Shown here: in pieces, positions 45,043-54,876 of the stretch
Position numbering within the stretch: the stretch's first letter is position 1
Layout of the letters: the number at the start of each line of letters is the position of its first letter
Source: an uncultured Actinomycetes bacterium
GTDB lineage: Bacteria > Actinomycetota > UBA4738 > HRBIN12
Length of the DNA stretch: 64,000 bases
NCBI GenBank assembly: GCA_963704725.1
Contig: OY969934.1
Span: 1,312,001 to 1,376,000 of the forward strand
Direction of reading: 5' to 3'
Notes under the pieces: model-generated
What the model saw: only the letters and a program-made list of their open reading frames with translations
Databases searched by the model: none
What the model was told of the DNA's origin: nothing
Made by a program: the position numbers and the translations under genes

Positions 45043-47673
45043 ATGGCTGAGCTGCCGACCGGGACCGTGACCTTCCTGTTCACGGACATCGAGGGTTCCA
45101 CCCGGCTCATGCACGAGCTGGGCGACCGGTACGCGGATGCCCTCCGGGCCCATCACGAGATCCTGCGTCGAGCCGTCGCGGACCACGAGGGCGTCGAGGT
45201 GAGCACGGCCGGCGACTCCTTCTTCGTGGCCTTCGCCTCCCCGTCGAGCGGCCTCGAAGCGGCGGTGGAGGCCCAGACGGCCCTCGCAGCCCACGCGTGG
45301 CCCTCGGACGACGCCCTGTCGGTCCGCATGGGCCTGCATACGGGGGAAGGCGCCGTGGGCGCCGACGGCTACGTCGGGCTGGACGTCAACCGGGCCGCGC
45401 GCATCGCCGCCGCCGCACACGGAGGGCAAGTCATCGTCTCGGAGGCCACGCGGTCGCTCGCCGAGCGCGCCGTTCCCGACGGCGTGACGCTCCGCGATCT
45501 GGGGGAGCACCGGCTCAGGGACATCGTCGACCCGGTGCGCCTGTTCGACCTCGTGATCGAGGGGCTCCCGTCCGAGTTCCCCCCTCCGCGGACCCTCGAC
45601 GCGCGCCCCAACAACCTCCCCGCGCAGCTCACCTCGTTCGTGGGGCGCGAGGACGAGATCGCGGAGGTCTCGAGGCTCTTGTCGCAGACACGGCTTCTCA
45701 CCCTCACCGGCCCGGGCGGGACCGGGAAGACGCGCCTGGCCGTGCAGGCCGCCCCGGAGCTGATGCTGGGCTTCGCCGACGGCGTCTACTTCGTCGACCT
45801 GTCCGCCGTGACCGATCCCGACCTCGTCCCGTCCGCCATCGCCAACGCCATCGGGATCCCGGAGGTGCCCGGGAGCCCGGTCCTCGAAGCCGTGAAGAAC
45901 CACCTCCGGACGAGGGAGCTGCTGCTGGTCATCGACAACTTCGAGCAGGTCGCGGACGCCGCGCCTCGGATCGGGGAGCTGCTCACCGCGGCGCCGAAGC
46001 TCAAGGTCCTGGTGACCTCGCGGTTCGTGCTGTCGGTGCCCGGTGAGCAGGAGTACGGCGTCCCGCCGCTCGAGCCGCCCGATCTGGATCGGCTCCCGGA
46101 CCTGCCCACCCTTCGGCGGGTGGAGGCGGTCCGGCTCTTCACGGACCGGGCCCTCGCGGTCCAACCGCAGTTCGAGATCACCGAGGACAACGCCCTCGCC
46201 GTCGCCGCCATCACGGCGCAGCTCGACGGCCTGCCCCTGGCCATCGAGCTCGCGGCCACCCGGACCAAGGTCCTGTCGCCCCAGCAGATGCTGCCGCGGC
46301 TGCAGCGGCGGCTGTCGATCCTGACGTCGGGAGCTCGCTCGCTCCCCGAGCGCCAGCGGACCCTCCGTCATGCGATCGCCTGGAGCCACGACCTCCTCGA
46401 CCCCGCCGAGCAGCGACTGTTCGCCCGGATGTCCGTGTTCCGGGGCGGGTGGGACGTCGAGGCGGCCGAGGTCATCTGCCATCCTCAGGACCTCGGGCTC
46501 GACGCCCTGGACGGGCTGACCTCGCTCGTCGACAAGTCTCTGATCCGAAAGAGCGAGGCCGGGTCGCGCTCGGTGCGGTTCTCCATGCTGGAGACGATCC
46601 GCGAGTTCGGCCTGGAGCAGCTCCACGCGATGAACGGCGTCGACATCACCCGCCGCCACGCCGAGTACTTCCTCGACCTGGCGATGGAGGCCGAGCCCCA
46701 TCTGACGGCCGACGATCAGGGCGAGTGGTTGGATCGCTGCGACGAGGAGCACCCCAACATCCGCGCCGCGCTCCGGTGGGCGGTCGAGGCCGGGGAGGCG
46801 GATCGCGCGCAGGACGCCGCCGGGGCCCTGTGGAGGTTCTGGCATCAGCGAGGGCACCTGGACGAGGGCCGGCGGTGGTTCGACGAGGTCCTGGCGATGC
46901 CGTCGGGGCAGGGATCGACGGCGGCCCGGGCCAGGGCGCTCCTCGGTGCCGGCGGGGTGGCCTGGTGGCAACGGGACCGCGACGCGACGGGCGCCTTCTA
47001 CAAGGAGGCCGTCGCGATCGAACGGGAGCTCGGGGACCCGGACCGGCTGGCCGAGGCGCTCTACAACCTCTCGTTCGTCGTGGCGGGGGACGACGTCGAC
47101 GCCGCCACGCCGCTTCTCCAGGAGAGCCTCTCCCTGTTCCGGCAGGTCGGCAACGAGGCCGGGATCGCCCAGGTCCTGTCGATGCTCGTGATCGAGGAGG
47201 CCAGGGCCGGCCGGTGGGACGCCGTGATCGCTCGGCTGGAGGAGACCACGACGATCTGGCGCCGGCTGGGCGATCGGCTCCACCTGGCGTTCGAGCTCGT
47301 CTGGCTGGCGTTCGCGTTCGGACGCACGGCCCGGCGGGAGGAGGCCCGCGCCGCGGCCCTGGATGCCCTTGAGCTGTTCCGGGAGGCGGACAATCCCACC
47401 GGCATCGGGATCATCCTGACCGACCTGGCCTTCCTCGCGACGTGGGAGGGCCGCCACGAGGACGCGCTCCGTCTGGCGGGGGCGGCGGAGTCGGTCCGTC
47501 AGCGGATCGGCGCGCCCCCCGGTGGCTTCGCCGGGATCCTCGAGGACGACCCGGCCGAAGAGGCTCGCGCTCACCTTCCGGACGACGCCTCGCGCTCGGC
47601 CTGGGAGGAGGGCCTCGCGATGAGCCTGGACGAGGCGGTGGCCTTCGGCCGGCGTTCGGCCGGGCAGGGCTAG
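45043..47673 (+). CDS. Class III nucleotide cyclase - STAND/NB-ARC ATPase - TPR protein
   Basis: FTDIEGST, AGDSFF, RMGLHTG, VNRAARI; GPGGTGKT, IDNFE, LDGLPLAIELAA; helical repeats. Confidence 0.92.
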   Translation: MAELPTGTVTFLFTDIEGSTRLMHELGDRYADALRAHHEILRRAVADHEGVEVSTAGDSFFVAFASPSSGLEAAVEAQTALAAHAWPSDDALSVRMGLHTGEGAVGADGYVGLDVNRAARIAAAAHGGQVIVSEATRSLAERAVPDGVTLRDLGEHRLRDIVDPVRLFDLVIEGLPSEFPPPRTLDARPNNLPAQLTSFVGREDEIAEVSRLLSQTRLLTLTGPGGTGKTRLAVQAAPELMLGFADGVYFVDLSAVTDPDLVPSAIANAIGIPEVPGSPVLEAVKNHLRTRELLLVIDNFEQVADAAPRIGELLTAAPKLKVLVTSRFVLSVPGEQEYGVPPLEPPDLDRLPDLPTLRRVEAVRLFTDRALAVQPQFEITEDNALAVAAITAQLDGLPLAIELAATRTKVLSPQQMLPRLQRRLSILTSGARSLPERQRTLRHAIAWSHDLLDPAEQRLFARMSVFRGGWDVEAAEVICHPQDLGLDALDGLTSLVDKSLIRKSEAGSRSVRFSMLETIREFGLEQLHAMNGVDITRRHAEYFLDLAMEAEPHLTADDQGEWLDRCDEEHPNIRAALRWAVEAGEADRAQDAAGALWRFWHQRGHLDEGRRWFDEVLAMPSGQGSTAARARALLGAGGVAWWQRDRDATGAFYKEAVAIERELGDPDRLAEALYNLSFVVAGDDVDAATPLLQESLSLFRQVGNEAGIAQVLSMLVIEEARAGRWDAVIARLEETTTIWRRLGDRLHLAFELVWLAFAFGRTARREEARAAALDALELFREADNPTGIGIILTDLAFLATWEGRHEDALRLAGAAESVRQRIGAPPGGFAGILEDDPAEEARAHLPDDASRSAWEEGLAMSLDEAVAFGRRSAGQG

Positions 47674-47713
47674 CTCCGGAACCGAAGCGGCTCCCGGCGC
47701 CGTAGAACGCTTG

Positions 47714-49018
47714 ATGATGCACACGACCGTCCGGGCCGGCGGGAAGGCCGGCCGCGCCCACCGCATCGTGCGCGCCACGGCGCTCCTGTTCGCGCTCGCG
47801 GTGATGGCGGCGGCATGCGAGGGGAACCCCGGCGGAGGATCGGCCCGCACCTCGACCGGAACCACCGCCTCGTCGACCACCGGGCCCGCGGGTCCCTCGC
47901 CGACCCGGGCCGAGAGCCCGGCCTCGTTCGACCCCACCGTGGTCCGGCTGCGCCTGCGGTCGGTCGCGAGCGGTCTGGAATCGCCGCTGCTCGTGACGTC
48001 GGCGGGCGACGGTACCGGCCGCCTGTTCGTGGTCGAGAAGACGGGGCGGATCCGGATCATCGAGAGCGGGGAGCTCCTCGACACGCCGTTCCTCGACGTC
48101 TCGGATCGGCTCGTCTCCGGCGGAGAGCAGGGGTTGCTGGGGCTGGCGTTCCATCCGGCGTTCGCGACCACCGGGCGGTTCTTCGTGGACTACACCGATC
48201 TGCACGGCGACACGGTCGTGAGCGAGTTCGCCATCTCGGCCGACGACCCCGACCGCGCCGATCCCGCGTCCGAGCGCATCCTCCTGCAGGTCGACCAGCC
48301 CTACGCGAACCACAACGGCGGGAACCTCGTCTTCGGCCCGGACGGGTTCCTGTACGTGGGGATGGGCGACGGTGGGAGCGGCGGCGACCCCATGGGCAAC
48401 GGCCAGCGCCTCGACACCCTGCTGGGGAAGATGCTCCGGATCGACGTGGACACCCGAACCGGCGACGCCGCCTATGGGATCCCCCCAGGCAACCCGTTCG
48501 ACGAACGCGACGACGCGCGGCCCGAGATCTGGGCGTTCGGGCTGCGGAACCCGTGGCGGTTCAGCTTCGACCGCGAGACCGGGGACCTGTGGATCGGGGA
48601 CGTGGGCCAGTCGGCGTGGGAGGAGATCGACCGGATCGGGCCCGAGGACGCCGGCGCCGATCTGGGGTGGAACGTGATGGAGGGCCGGGTCTGCTTCCAG
48701 CCGGCGTCGGGGTGTGACGAGTCCGACCTGACGCTGCCGGTGGCCGTCTACGGCCACGAGGACGGATGCGCCGTCACCGGGGGGTTCGTCTATCGCGGTT
48801 CGCGATGGCCCGCGCTGGCCGGCGCGTACCTGTTCGCGGACTCCTGCTCGGGGATGATCTGGGGGCTGGACGCCGCCGATCCCCGGGCCGCGTCCCCCAC
48901 GGTCCTGCTCGAGACGGGGTTCGGCATCAGCTCCTTCGGGCAGGACGAGTCCGGCGAGCTCTACGTCGCCGACCTCATCGGCGGCACCGTCCTGCAGATC
49001 CAGGGCCCGCCCGCCTAG
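47714..49018 (+). CDS. Glucose/sorbosone (PQQ-type) dehydrogenase-family lipoprotein
   Basis: Lipobox MAAAC, EQGLLGLAFHP, NHNGG, GDGG, GLRNPWRFSFD, DVGQ..WEE; start uncertain. Confidence 0.9.
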   Translation: MMHTTVRAGGKAGRAHRIVRATALLFALAVMAAACEGNPGGGSARTSTGTTASSTTGPAGPSPTRAESPASFDPTVVRLRLRSVASGLESPLLVTSAGDGTGRLFVVEKTGRIRIIESGELLDTPFLDVSDRLVSGGEQGLLGLAFHPAFATTGRFFVDYTDLHGDTVVSEFAISADDPDRADPASERILLQVDQPYANHNGGNLVFGPDGFLYVGMGDGGSGGDPMGNGQRLDTLLGKMLRIDVDTRTGDAAYGIPPGNPFDERDDARPEIWAFGLRNPWRFSFDRETGDLWIGDVGQSAWEEIDRIGPEDAGADLGWNVMEGRVCFQPASGCDESDLTLPVAVYGHEDGCAVTGGFVYRGSRWPALAGAYLFADSCSGMIWGLDAADPRAASPTVLLETGFGISSFGQDESGELYVADLIGGTVLQIQGPPA

Positions 49019-49212
49019 GGCGCCGCCCCGTCCTCCTCGGGGGCGGCCGGACCGCGCTCGTCGGCGCGGACGACGATCCAGGCGATGGCCGCATAGGGCA
49101 GGGGCGTCAGCAGGAGGGGCCACGCTGCGCTCGCGGCGCTGGCAAGCCCGACCAGCCCGAAGCCGATCAGGAACAGGAGCACGATGGCGGTGATGCGACG
49201 GCGCTCGGTCAT
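49015..49212 (-). CDS. Small two-TM hypothetical protein
   Basis: 65 aa MTERRRITAIVLLF...; TAGGAT 8 nt before ATG. Confidence 0.6.
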   Translation of the reverse strand: MTERRRITAIVLLFLIGFGLVGLASAASAAWPLLLTPLPYAAIAWIVVRADERGPAAPEEDGAAP

Positions 49213-49308
49213 CGGCGGCCATCCTACCCGCGCCCCGGAGCCGCCCGCGGGATAGGATACGGTGCCCGTCGGGCCGGACCGCCCGCGTGCGGAAGGAGGA
49301 ACGCGCCG

Positions 49309-49728
49309 GTGTCTCATCACGACGTCCCGTCCAGGCTCGCGAACGTGCCGATCTTCTCCGGGTGCTCCAAGCGCGAGCTCGCGATCATCGCCCGAGCCGC
49401 CAAGGAGGTCTCGCACCGGGGCGGAGCGGTGATCGCGCGCGAGGGCGAGCGGGGCGTCGGCCTGTTCCTGATCATGGAGGGGCAGTGCTCCGTCACGATC
49501 GGCGGGAAGGCCAAGGCCATGCTCGGCCCCGGCGACTTCTTCGGCGAGGTGGCGCTGCTCGACGGGGGACCGCGCACGGCCACGGTCACCGCGATGGCGC
49601 CGGTCAAGCTCGTCGGCATCACCGGGTGGGTCTTCCGCGGACTCCTCATGGAGCATCCGTCGATCGCGCTGAAGACGCTCGAGGCCGTCGCCGGCCGCCT
49701 CCGGACGGTCTCGAAGGAGAGGGTCTAG
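49309..49728 (+). CDS. Stand-alone cyclic-nucleotide-binding domain protein
   Basis: VPIFSG, GDFFGEVALLDGGPRTATV phosphate-binding cassette, no HTH; AAGGAGG RBS. Confidence 0.88.
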   Translation: MSHHDVPSRLANVPIFSGCSKRELAIIARAAKEVSHRGGAVIAREGERGVGLFLIMEGQCSVTIGGKAKAMLGPGDFFGEVALLDGGPRTATVTAMAPVKLVGITGWVFRGLLMEHPSIALKTLEAVAGRLRTVSKERV

Positions 49729-49739
49729 CCCGTCCCGTC

Positions 49740-50504
49740 GTGCCCTTCGTCGAACGACCGGACGGGACGCGGTTGTATCTCGAGGTCGCCGGCGATCCGC
49801 GACGGATCCCGCTCGTGCTCCTCGAGGGTCTGGGCGGAGACGTCTCGGGGTGGCGACGGAACCTCCCGCACCTGGCGGCCGAGCTGTTCGTGATCGCCTA
49901 CGACCACCGAGGGAACGGTCGAAGCGAGGGGGCGGACGCGCCGACGACGATGAGGACCTACGTCGACGATTGCCTCGCCGTGCTGGACGAGCTCCGGCTC
50001 GAACGGGTCCACGTGTACGGGCAGTCGTTCGGCGGGGCGGTGGCGCTGGAGCTCGCGCTCACCCATCCCGAGCGGGTCCGCTCCGCGATCCTGGCGGCGA
50101 CGCATCCGGGAGCCCGCCACGCGGTGCCGTCCTCCGCGCGGTCGCCGAAGGACAAGCCCTGGCTGCAGCGCTACTCGACGGCGTTCGCCGAGGCGCATCC
50201 GGACCTCGTCCGTGAGGACCTCGGCCTCCAGGAGCGGCGGAGCCGGGCGGGGGAGCGCCGGCAGTGGGAGGCGATGCGGGCGTGGGACGCCTACGACCGG
50301 CTGGGCGACGTGGCCGTTCCGGTGCTCATCCTGCACGGGTCGCAGGACCGGCTGATGCATCCCGACAACGCCCGACTGCTGGCGGAGCGGATCCCGGGAG
50401 CCGAGCTCGAGCTCATCGAGGGCGCCGGGCACGCGTACCAGCTGGAGCGGGCAGAGGAGGCGGACGAGATCGTGCTCGGGTTCGTGCGGAGGCACCGCTC
50501 GTGA
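49740..50504 (+). CDS. Alpha/beta hydrolase
   Basis: YDHRGNGRS, GQSFGG nucleophile elbow, HGSQD, GAGH. Confidence 0.88.
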   Translation: MPFVERPDGTRLYLEVAGDPRRIPLVLLEGLGGDVSGWRRNLPHLAAELFVIAYDHRGNGRSEGADAPTTMRTYVDDCLAVLDELRLERVHVYGQSFGGAVALELALTHPERVRSAILAATHPGARHAVPSSARSPKDKPWLQRYSTAFAEAHPDLVREDLGLQERRSRAGERRQWEAMRAWDAYDRLGDVAVPVLILHGSQDRLMHPDNARLLAERIPGAELELIEGAGHAYQLERAEEADEIVLGFVRRHRS

Positions 50505-51412
50505 CCGAGGCTCCGAAAGACGTCCGCTCGCTCGCCGAGGAGCGCGGGGCGGCTCGCGCGGCGAGGGACTTCGCTCGCGCCGACGCGCTCCGTGACCGGA
50601 TCGCGGAGCTCGGCTACCGGGTGGTCGACGAGCCCGGCGGATGGTCGCTGGTGCCGCTCCAGGTCGAGGCGCCGTCGACCGCGCGACGGGCCGCGCGCGA
50701 CGTCGAGAGCGTCCTCGACGAGCCGCCGAGCGCCGACGTCACCGTGCACTGGGTCGTGCAGGGGTGGCCCGAGGACGTCGTCCGAGCGCTCGCCGGCTTC
50801 CGCGCGCACGCCGGCGAGCGCTCGGTCCAGTACGTCGTCGCGGACCTGACCGAGACCGATCCGGCCGTCTATGGCGACGGCGTCGAGGTGCTCCCCCTCG
50901 AACCCGGAACCGGCTGGGGCGCTGCCCGCAACGCCGGCCTGAAGCGGTCACGAGGGCGGATCGTGATCGTGATGGACGGCTCGGTCGAGCCGAGCGGCGA
51001 CGTGATCGGTCCTCTCGTACATGCGCTTTCCGACGACGCCGTCGGCGTATGCGGTCCGTTCGGCATCTCCACGGAAGACCTCCGCGAGTTCCACGAGAGC
51101 GACGGCCCCGAGGTCGACGCCGTCGAGGGATACCTCATGGCGATGCGGCGCGACGTGATGCGCGACGTCGGCCTGTTCGACGAGCGGTTCCGCTGGTACC
51201 GGACCGCCGACATCGAGCTCTGCTTCCGCCTGAAGGACGCCGGGCTCCGAGCCTTGGTGGTCGACGTGCCGGTCGCCCGGCACGAGCATCGCATGTGGCG
51301 GGCCACGCCGCCCGACGAGCGCGACCGCCTGTCCAAGCGCAACTACTACCGGTTCCTCGAGCGGTTCCGGGACCGGGTGGACCTGCTGGTCAACCCACCC
51401 GCCGCGGACTGA
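50501..51412 (+). CDS. GT2-fold glycosyltransferase-like protein with N-terminal CysRS C-terminal-like domain
   Basis: N-term ERGAARAARDFARADALRDRIAELGYRVVD; C-term GWGAARNAGL, VGLFDERF..DIELCFRL. Confidence 0.78.
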   Translation: MTEAPKDVRSLAEERGAARAARDFARADALRDRIAELGYRVVDEPGGWSLVPLQVEAPSTARRAARDVESVLDEPPSADVTVHWVVQGWPEDVVRALAGFRAHAGERSVQYVVADLTETDPAVYGDGVEVLPLEPGTGWGAARNAGLKRSRGRIVIVMDGSVEPSGDVIGPLVHALSDDAVGVCGPFGISTEDLREFHESDGPEVDAVEGYLMAMRRDVMRDVGLFDERFRWYRTADIELCFRLKDAGLRALVVDVPVARHEHRMWRATPPDERDRLSKRNYYRFLERFRDRVDLLVNPPAAD

Positions 51413-51421
51413 CCCGGAGCC

Positions 51422-53422
51422 TCAGGGCCGGGGAGGCGGCGGTTGGACGACGACGTCGGGCCCGCTCGCCGCCGGGACCCGACCGTTGCCGCGCAGGTCC
51501 CGGCGGAGATCCTCGAGCGAGGGGATCGGCTTGGAGCCGTCGAAGTAGGCGTGCAGGTCCGGGCCGTCGATGACCTCGGTCAGGATCAGGATCTCGGCCA
51601 TCTGTTGGAGGAAGCCGCGGTGCTCCAACAGCACGGTCGTGGCTCGATCGTGCGCCTCGTTCACCAATCGGGCCGTCTCCTCGTCCACCAGCGCGGCGAG
51701 GTCGTTGGAGAGCTCGGGGCTCGCGCCCGGGTAGAACATGCGCGCCTCTGCGCGGAGCCCGTCGTGGCCGAACGAGAGCGGCCCGACCTTCGGGCTCATG
51801 CCGTACTCGGTCACCATGGCCCGCGAGATCTCCGTGGCGCGCTCGAGGTCGTTCTGCGCCCCGGTGGAGATGATCTTGTCGAAGACGATCTCCTCGGCGG
51901 TTCGACCGCCGAGGAGCACCGTGAGGCGGTCGTTGAGCTCGGGCTCGGTGAGCAGGTAGCGGTCCTCGAGCGGCCGCTGCATCGTCATGCCGAGCGCCGC
52001 GGCGCCGCGGGGGATGATCGAGACGCGGTGGACGGGGTCGGCCGTCGGCGCGGTGAGCGCCACGAGCGCGTGGCCCATCTCGTGGACGGCGACGCGCTCC
52101 TTGTCCTTCTCGGACATCACGCGGCTCTTGCGCTCGAGACCGGCGACCGTGCGGTCGATCGCCTCCTCCAGCTCGATCATCGTGACGGCGTTCTTCTCCT
52201 TGCGCGCCGCGAGGAGCGCGGCCTCGTTGACCACGTTCGCCAGATCGGCGCCGGTGAACCCCGGCGTCCGCGAGGCCAGGATCCGCAGGTCGACGGCGGG
52301 GTCGAGCGCGACGCCTCGGATGTGAACGCGCAGGATCTCCTCGCGGCCCTTGAGGTCGGGCTGGTCGACCACCACCTGGCGGTCGAACCGTCCCGGGCGC
52401 ACCAGCGCCGGGTCGAGGACGTCGGGGCGGTTCGTCGCGGCCATGATGATGACGCCCTTGCTCGCGTCGAACCCGTCCATCTCGACGAGGAGCTGGTTCA
52501 GGGTTTGCTCTCGCTCGTCGTGCCCGCCGAAGCTCCCGCCCAGGGCCCCGGCGCGGCCCTTGCCGATCGTGTCGATCTCGTCGAGGAACACGAGCGCCGG
52601 CGCCTTCTCCTTGGCCTGCTGGAAGAGGTCCCGCATCCGCGCCGCGCCGAGCCCGACGAACATCTCGACGAACTCCGACCCGCTCATGAAGAAGAAGGGG
52701 ACGTTCGCCTCGCCGGCGACGGCCCGGGCGAGCAGCGTCTTTCCGCAACCCGGGGGGCCGAGCAGGAGCACGCCCTTGGGGATCCGACCGCCGAGCCGCT
52801 GGTACTTCTTCGGGTTCCGCAGGAACTCGACGATCTCCTTGAGCTCGTCCTTGGCCTCGTCGACGCCGGCGACGTCATTGAACGTCGTCTTCATCTCCTT
52901 GCGGTCGTAGATCTTGACCTTGTTGCGGCCGAGGTTGAGCGCCGCGCCCGCCTGGGCGCCGCTCATGCGGCGGATCAGGAAGAACCACAGCAGGCCGAAC
53001 AGCAGGAGCGGCGCGACCCATCCGATCAGGAAGCTCGAGAACACGTTCGGCGAGACTCCCGTGTAGTCGACGTTGGCGTCCTGCAGTCGGTTGGTGGGAT
53101 CCGCGGTGCCCACCAGGGTCGGCGGGATCGTCGCCGTGACGTTCTCGGTCCCCCCGCCGGCCTTCTGCGACTCCCCGCTCAACGAGGTCTGCGAGATGTC
53201 CACCGTCCCCACGATCTGGCCGCTCTCGGCCCGGCGCAGGAACTCGGAGTAGTCGATCGTTTTGGGACGGGGGGCGGCGATGTAGTTGAAGATGACCAGC
53301 ACGACCAGGAAGCCCAGCACCCACACCCAGGGCGACGAGCGCACGCGCCGGGGCTCGCCCGAGGACCCGCCCCCGAAGTCGAACCCCTGCCACTTGCCGC
53401 GCCGGTCGTTGCCGTTTGCCAT
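51422..53422 (-). CDS. ftsH: ATP-dependent zinc metalloprotease FtsH
   Basis: Two TMs, [36 protein letters not shown]. Confidence 0.95.
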   Translation of the reverse strand: MANGNDRRGKWQGFDFGGGSSGEPRRVRSSPWVWVLGFLVVLVIFNYIAAPRPKTIDYSEFLRRAESGQIVGTVDISQTSLSGESQKAGGGTENVTATIPPTLVGTADPTNRLQDANVDYTGVSPNVFSSFLIGWVAPLLLFGLLWFFLIRRMSGAQAGAALNLGRNKVKIYDRKEMKTTFNDVAGVDEAKDELKEIVEFLRNPKKYQRLGGRIPKGVLLLGPPGCGKTLLARAVAGEANVPFFFMSGSEFVEMFVGLGAARMRDLFQQAKEKAPALVFLDEIDTIGKGRAGALGGSFGGHDEREQTLNQLLVEMDGFDASKGVIIMAATNRPDVLDPALVRPGRFDRQVVVDQPDLKGREEILRVHIRGVALDPAVDLRILASRTPGFTGADLANVVNEAALLAARKEKNAVTMIELEEAIDRTVAGLERKSRVMSEKDKERVAVHEMGHALVALTAPTADPVHRVSIIPRGAAALGMTMQRPLEDRYLLTEPELNDRLTVLLGGRTAEEIVFDKIISTGAQNDLERATEISRAMVTEYGMSPKVGPLSFGHDGLRAEARMFYPGASPELSNDLAALVDEETARLVNEAHDRATTVLLEHRGFLQQMAEILILTEVIDGPDLHAYFDGSKPIPSLEDLRRDLRGNGRVPAASGPDVVVQPPPPRP

Positions 53423-53606
53423 CGGACCTCACATCTTCCCATCAGCGTTCGCCAAGCGACAGCGCGGGGTCCACGGCGTGCGGACTCGAAGGGTCGGCGG
53501 CGGATGCTGGGATACTGTCGGCCCACGCCCCCGGAAGCGCCCGAGCGGGCACGAGGGACGAAGGAGGATCGCACGCTGGCGGTGACCGAGCGGATCGGAG
53601 CGAAGG

Positions 53607-54194
53607 GTGGCACGTAGCCAGGCGGCGCCCCCCGCGGACGCCGCGCTCCGCGCGCGGTTCGAGCGCGACGTCCTGCCCCTGCTCCCGAACCTGTACGGCG
53701 CCGCGCTCCGGCTCACCCGGAACCCTCAGGACGCGGAGGATCTCATCCAGGAGACGTACCTGCGTGCCTTCCGAGGGTTCGGGGGGTTCGAGGAAGGCAC
53801 GAACCTGCGCGCGTGGATGTACCGGATCCTGACGAACACGTTCATCAACACGTATCGCAAGCGCCAGCGGGAACCGGTCACGGTCCAAGACGACGAGATC
53901 GAGGACTGGTTCCTGTACGAGCGGCTCGGAGAGTCCGGCGTCGAGGCGTCGGCGGAGACCGAGGTCCTGGAGAAGATTCCGGACGAAGACGTCCAGCGAG
54001 CGCTGGAGGACCTGCCGGAGAACTTCCGGATGGCCGTGCTGCTCGCGGACGTCGAGGGGTTCAGCTACAAGGAGATCGCGGAGATCCTGGACATCCCGAT
54101 CGGCACCGTGATGTCGCGCCTGCACCGGGGAAGGAAAGCGCTGCAGAAGGCGTTGTGGGAGACGGTTAGGGAGCGTGGACTTGTCACCGACTGA
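53607..54194 (+). CDS. sigH: ECF sigma factor, SigH/SigR type
   Basis: [45 protein letters not shown]; followed by ZAS anti-sigma. Confidence 0.9.
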   Translation: MARSQAAPPADAALRARFERDVLPLLPNLYGAALRLTRNPQDAEDLIQETYLRAFRGFGGFEEGTNLRAWMYRILTNTFINTYRKRQREPVTVQDDEIEDWFLYERLGESGVEASAETEVLEKIPDEDVQRALEDLPENFRMAVLLADVEGFSYKEIAEILDIPIGTVMSRLHRGRKALQKALWETVRERGLVTD

Positions 54195-54435
54195 CTGCGA
54201 GCACGTGCTCCGCCAGATCGAGCTCTACCTCGACGGTGAGCTCGTGGGGCTGGAGCGCGTCGACATCGAACGGCACCTGGGGGAGTGCTCCCCCTGCAGC
54301 GGCCACTCCGAGTTCCAGCGCCGTCTCAAGGAGATGCTCCGGGCCAAGTGCGGCTGCAACGACGTCCCGGTGGAGCTCCTGGAGCGCGTCCGGTCCATGA
54401 CCTCGGCGCCGCACCCCCATCCGCCCGTGGCCTAG
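54175..54435 (+). CDS. rshA: Zinc-binding anti-sigma factor (RshA/RsrA type)
   Basis: [15 protein letters not shown] (HxxxCxxC) plus extra Cys; overlaps sigH. Confidence 0.88.
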   Translation: MDLSPTDCEHVLRQIELYLDGELVGLERVDIERHLGECSPCSGHSEFQRRLKEMLRAKCGCNDVPVELLERVRSMTSAPHPHPPVA

Positions 54436-54511
54436 GCACGACCGCTCCCGATCGGCGGGAAGCGCGAACCGCCGGCGGACCTCCGGCGAATACGCCAGGA
54501 GGAGGTCGCCT

Positions 54512-54700
54512 GTGACCAAGGGAACTCGCCCCGGTCACCTCCCCGCGCCGTCGCGCGCGGAGCCGGAGGGTCGCGTGTGCTCGTTCCCCGGTTGCACGAC
54601 CAAGCTCTCGGTCTACAACACCAGCCAGCGGTGCTGGCAGCACGCGGAGGTGGTCTTCCCCAACCACCGGGGCAAGCGCCTGCGCGACGAACGAACCTGA
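54512..54700 (+). CDS. Small putative Zn-finger protein
   Basis: 62 aa, CSFPGC..LSVYN..CWQH, basic tail; AGGAGGAGG RBS. Confidence 0.72.
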   Translation: MTKGTRPGHLPAPSRAEPEGRVCSFPGCTTKLSVYNTSQRCWQHAEVVFPNHRGKRLRDERT

Positions 54701-54737
54701 GGACGCCCGCGCTCCCCCTCCCTCGCGCGGGACGACA

Positions 54738-54767
54738 GGAACGGCCCCCTCCCCAGGGGGCCGTTCC
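54738..54767 (+). terminator. 13-bp stem-loop closing the sigH-rshA-small ORF unit
   Basis: GGAACGGCCCCCT-cccc-AGGGGGCCGTTCC. Confidence 0.7.
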
Positions 54768-54876
54768 GCGTCTCCGTCGCCGTTCCGGTCGACGTTCGGC
54801 GTCCAACCCGGCATGATTCCCTCTCACATCGGGTCACACGCTCATCGGTCAAGGTTCGTGCGTGGTGGGGGCGGCG

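Noticed and set aside
45043-49728. Pycsar/CBASS/Avs defence system call
   Set aside because: The cNMP-binding protein has no TIR or TM effector and is separated from the cyclase by two unrelated genes; kept only as a weaker signalling hypothesis.
43206-51412. Genomic island integrated at tRNA-Met
   Set aside because: No integrase, no duplicated tRNA 3' end that I could find, and no visible compositional shift.
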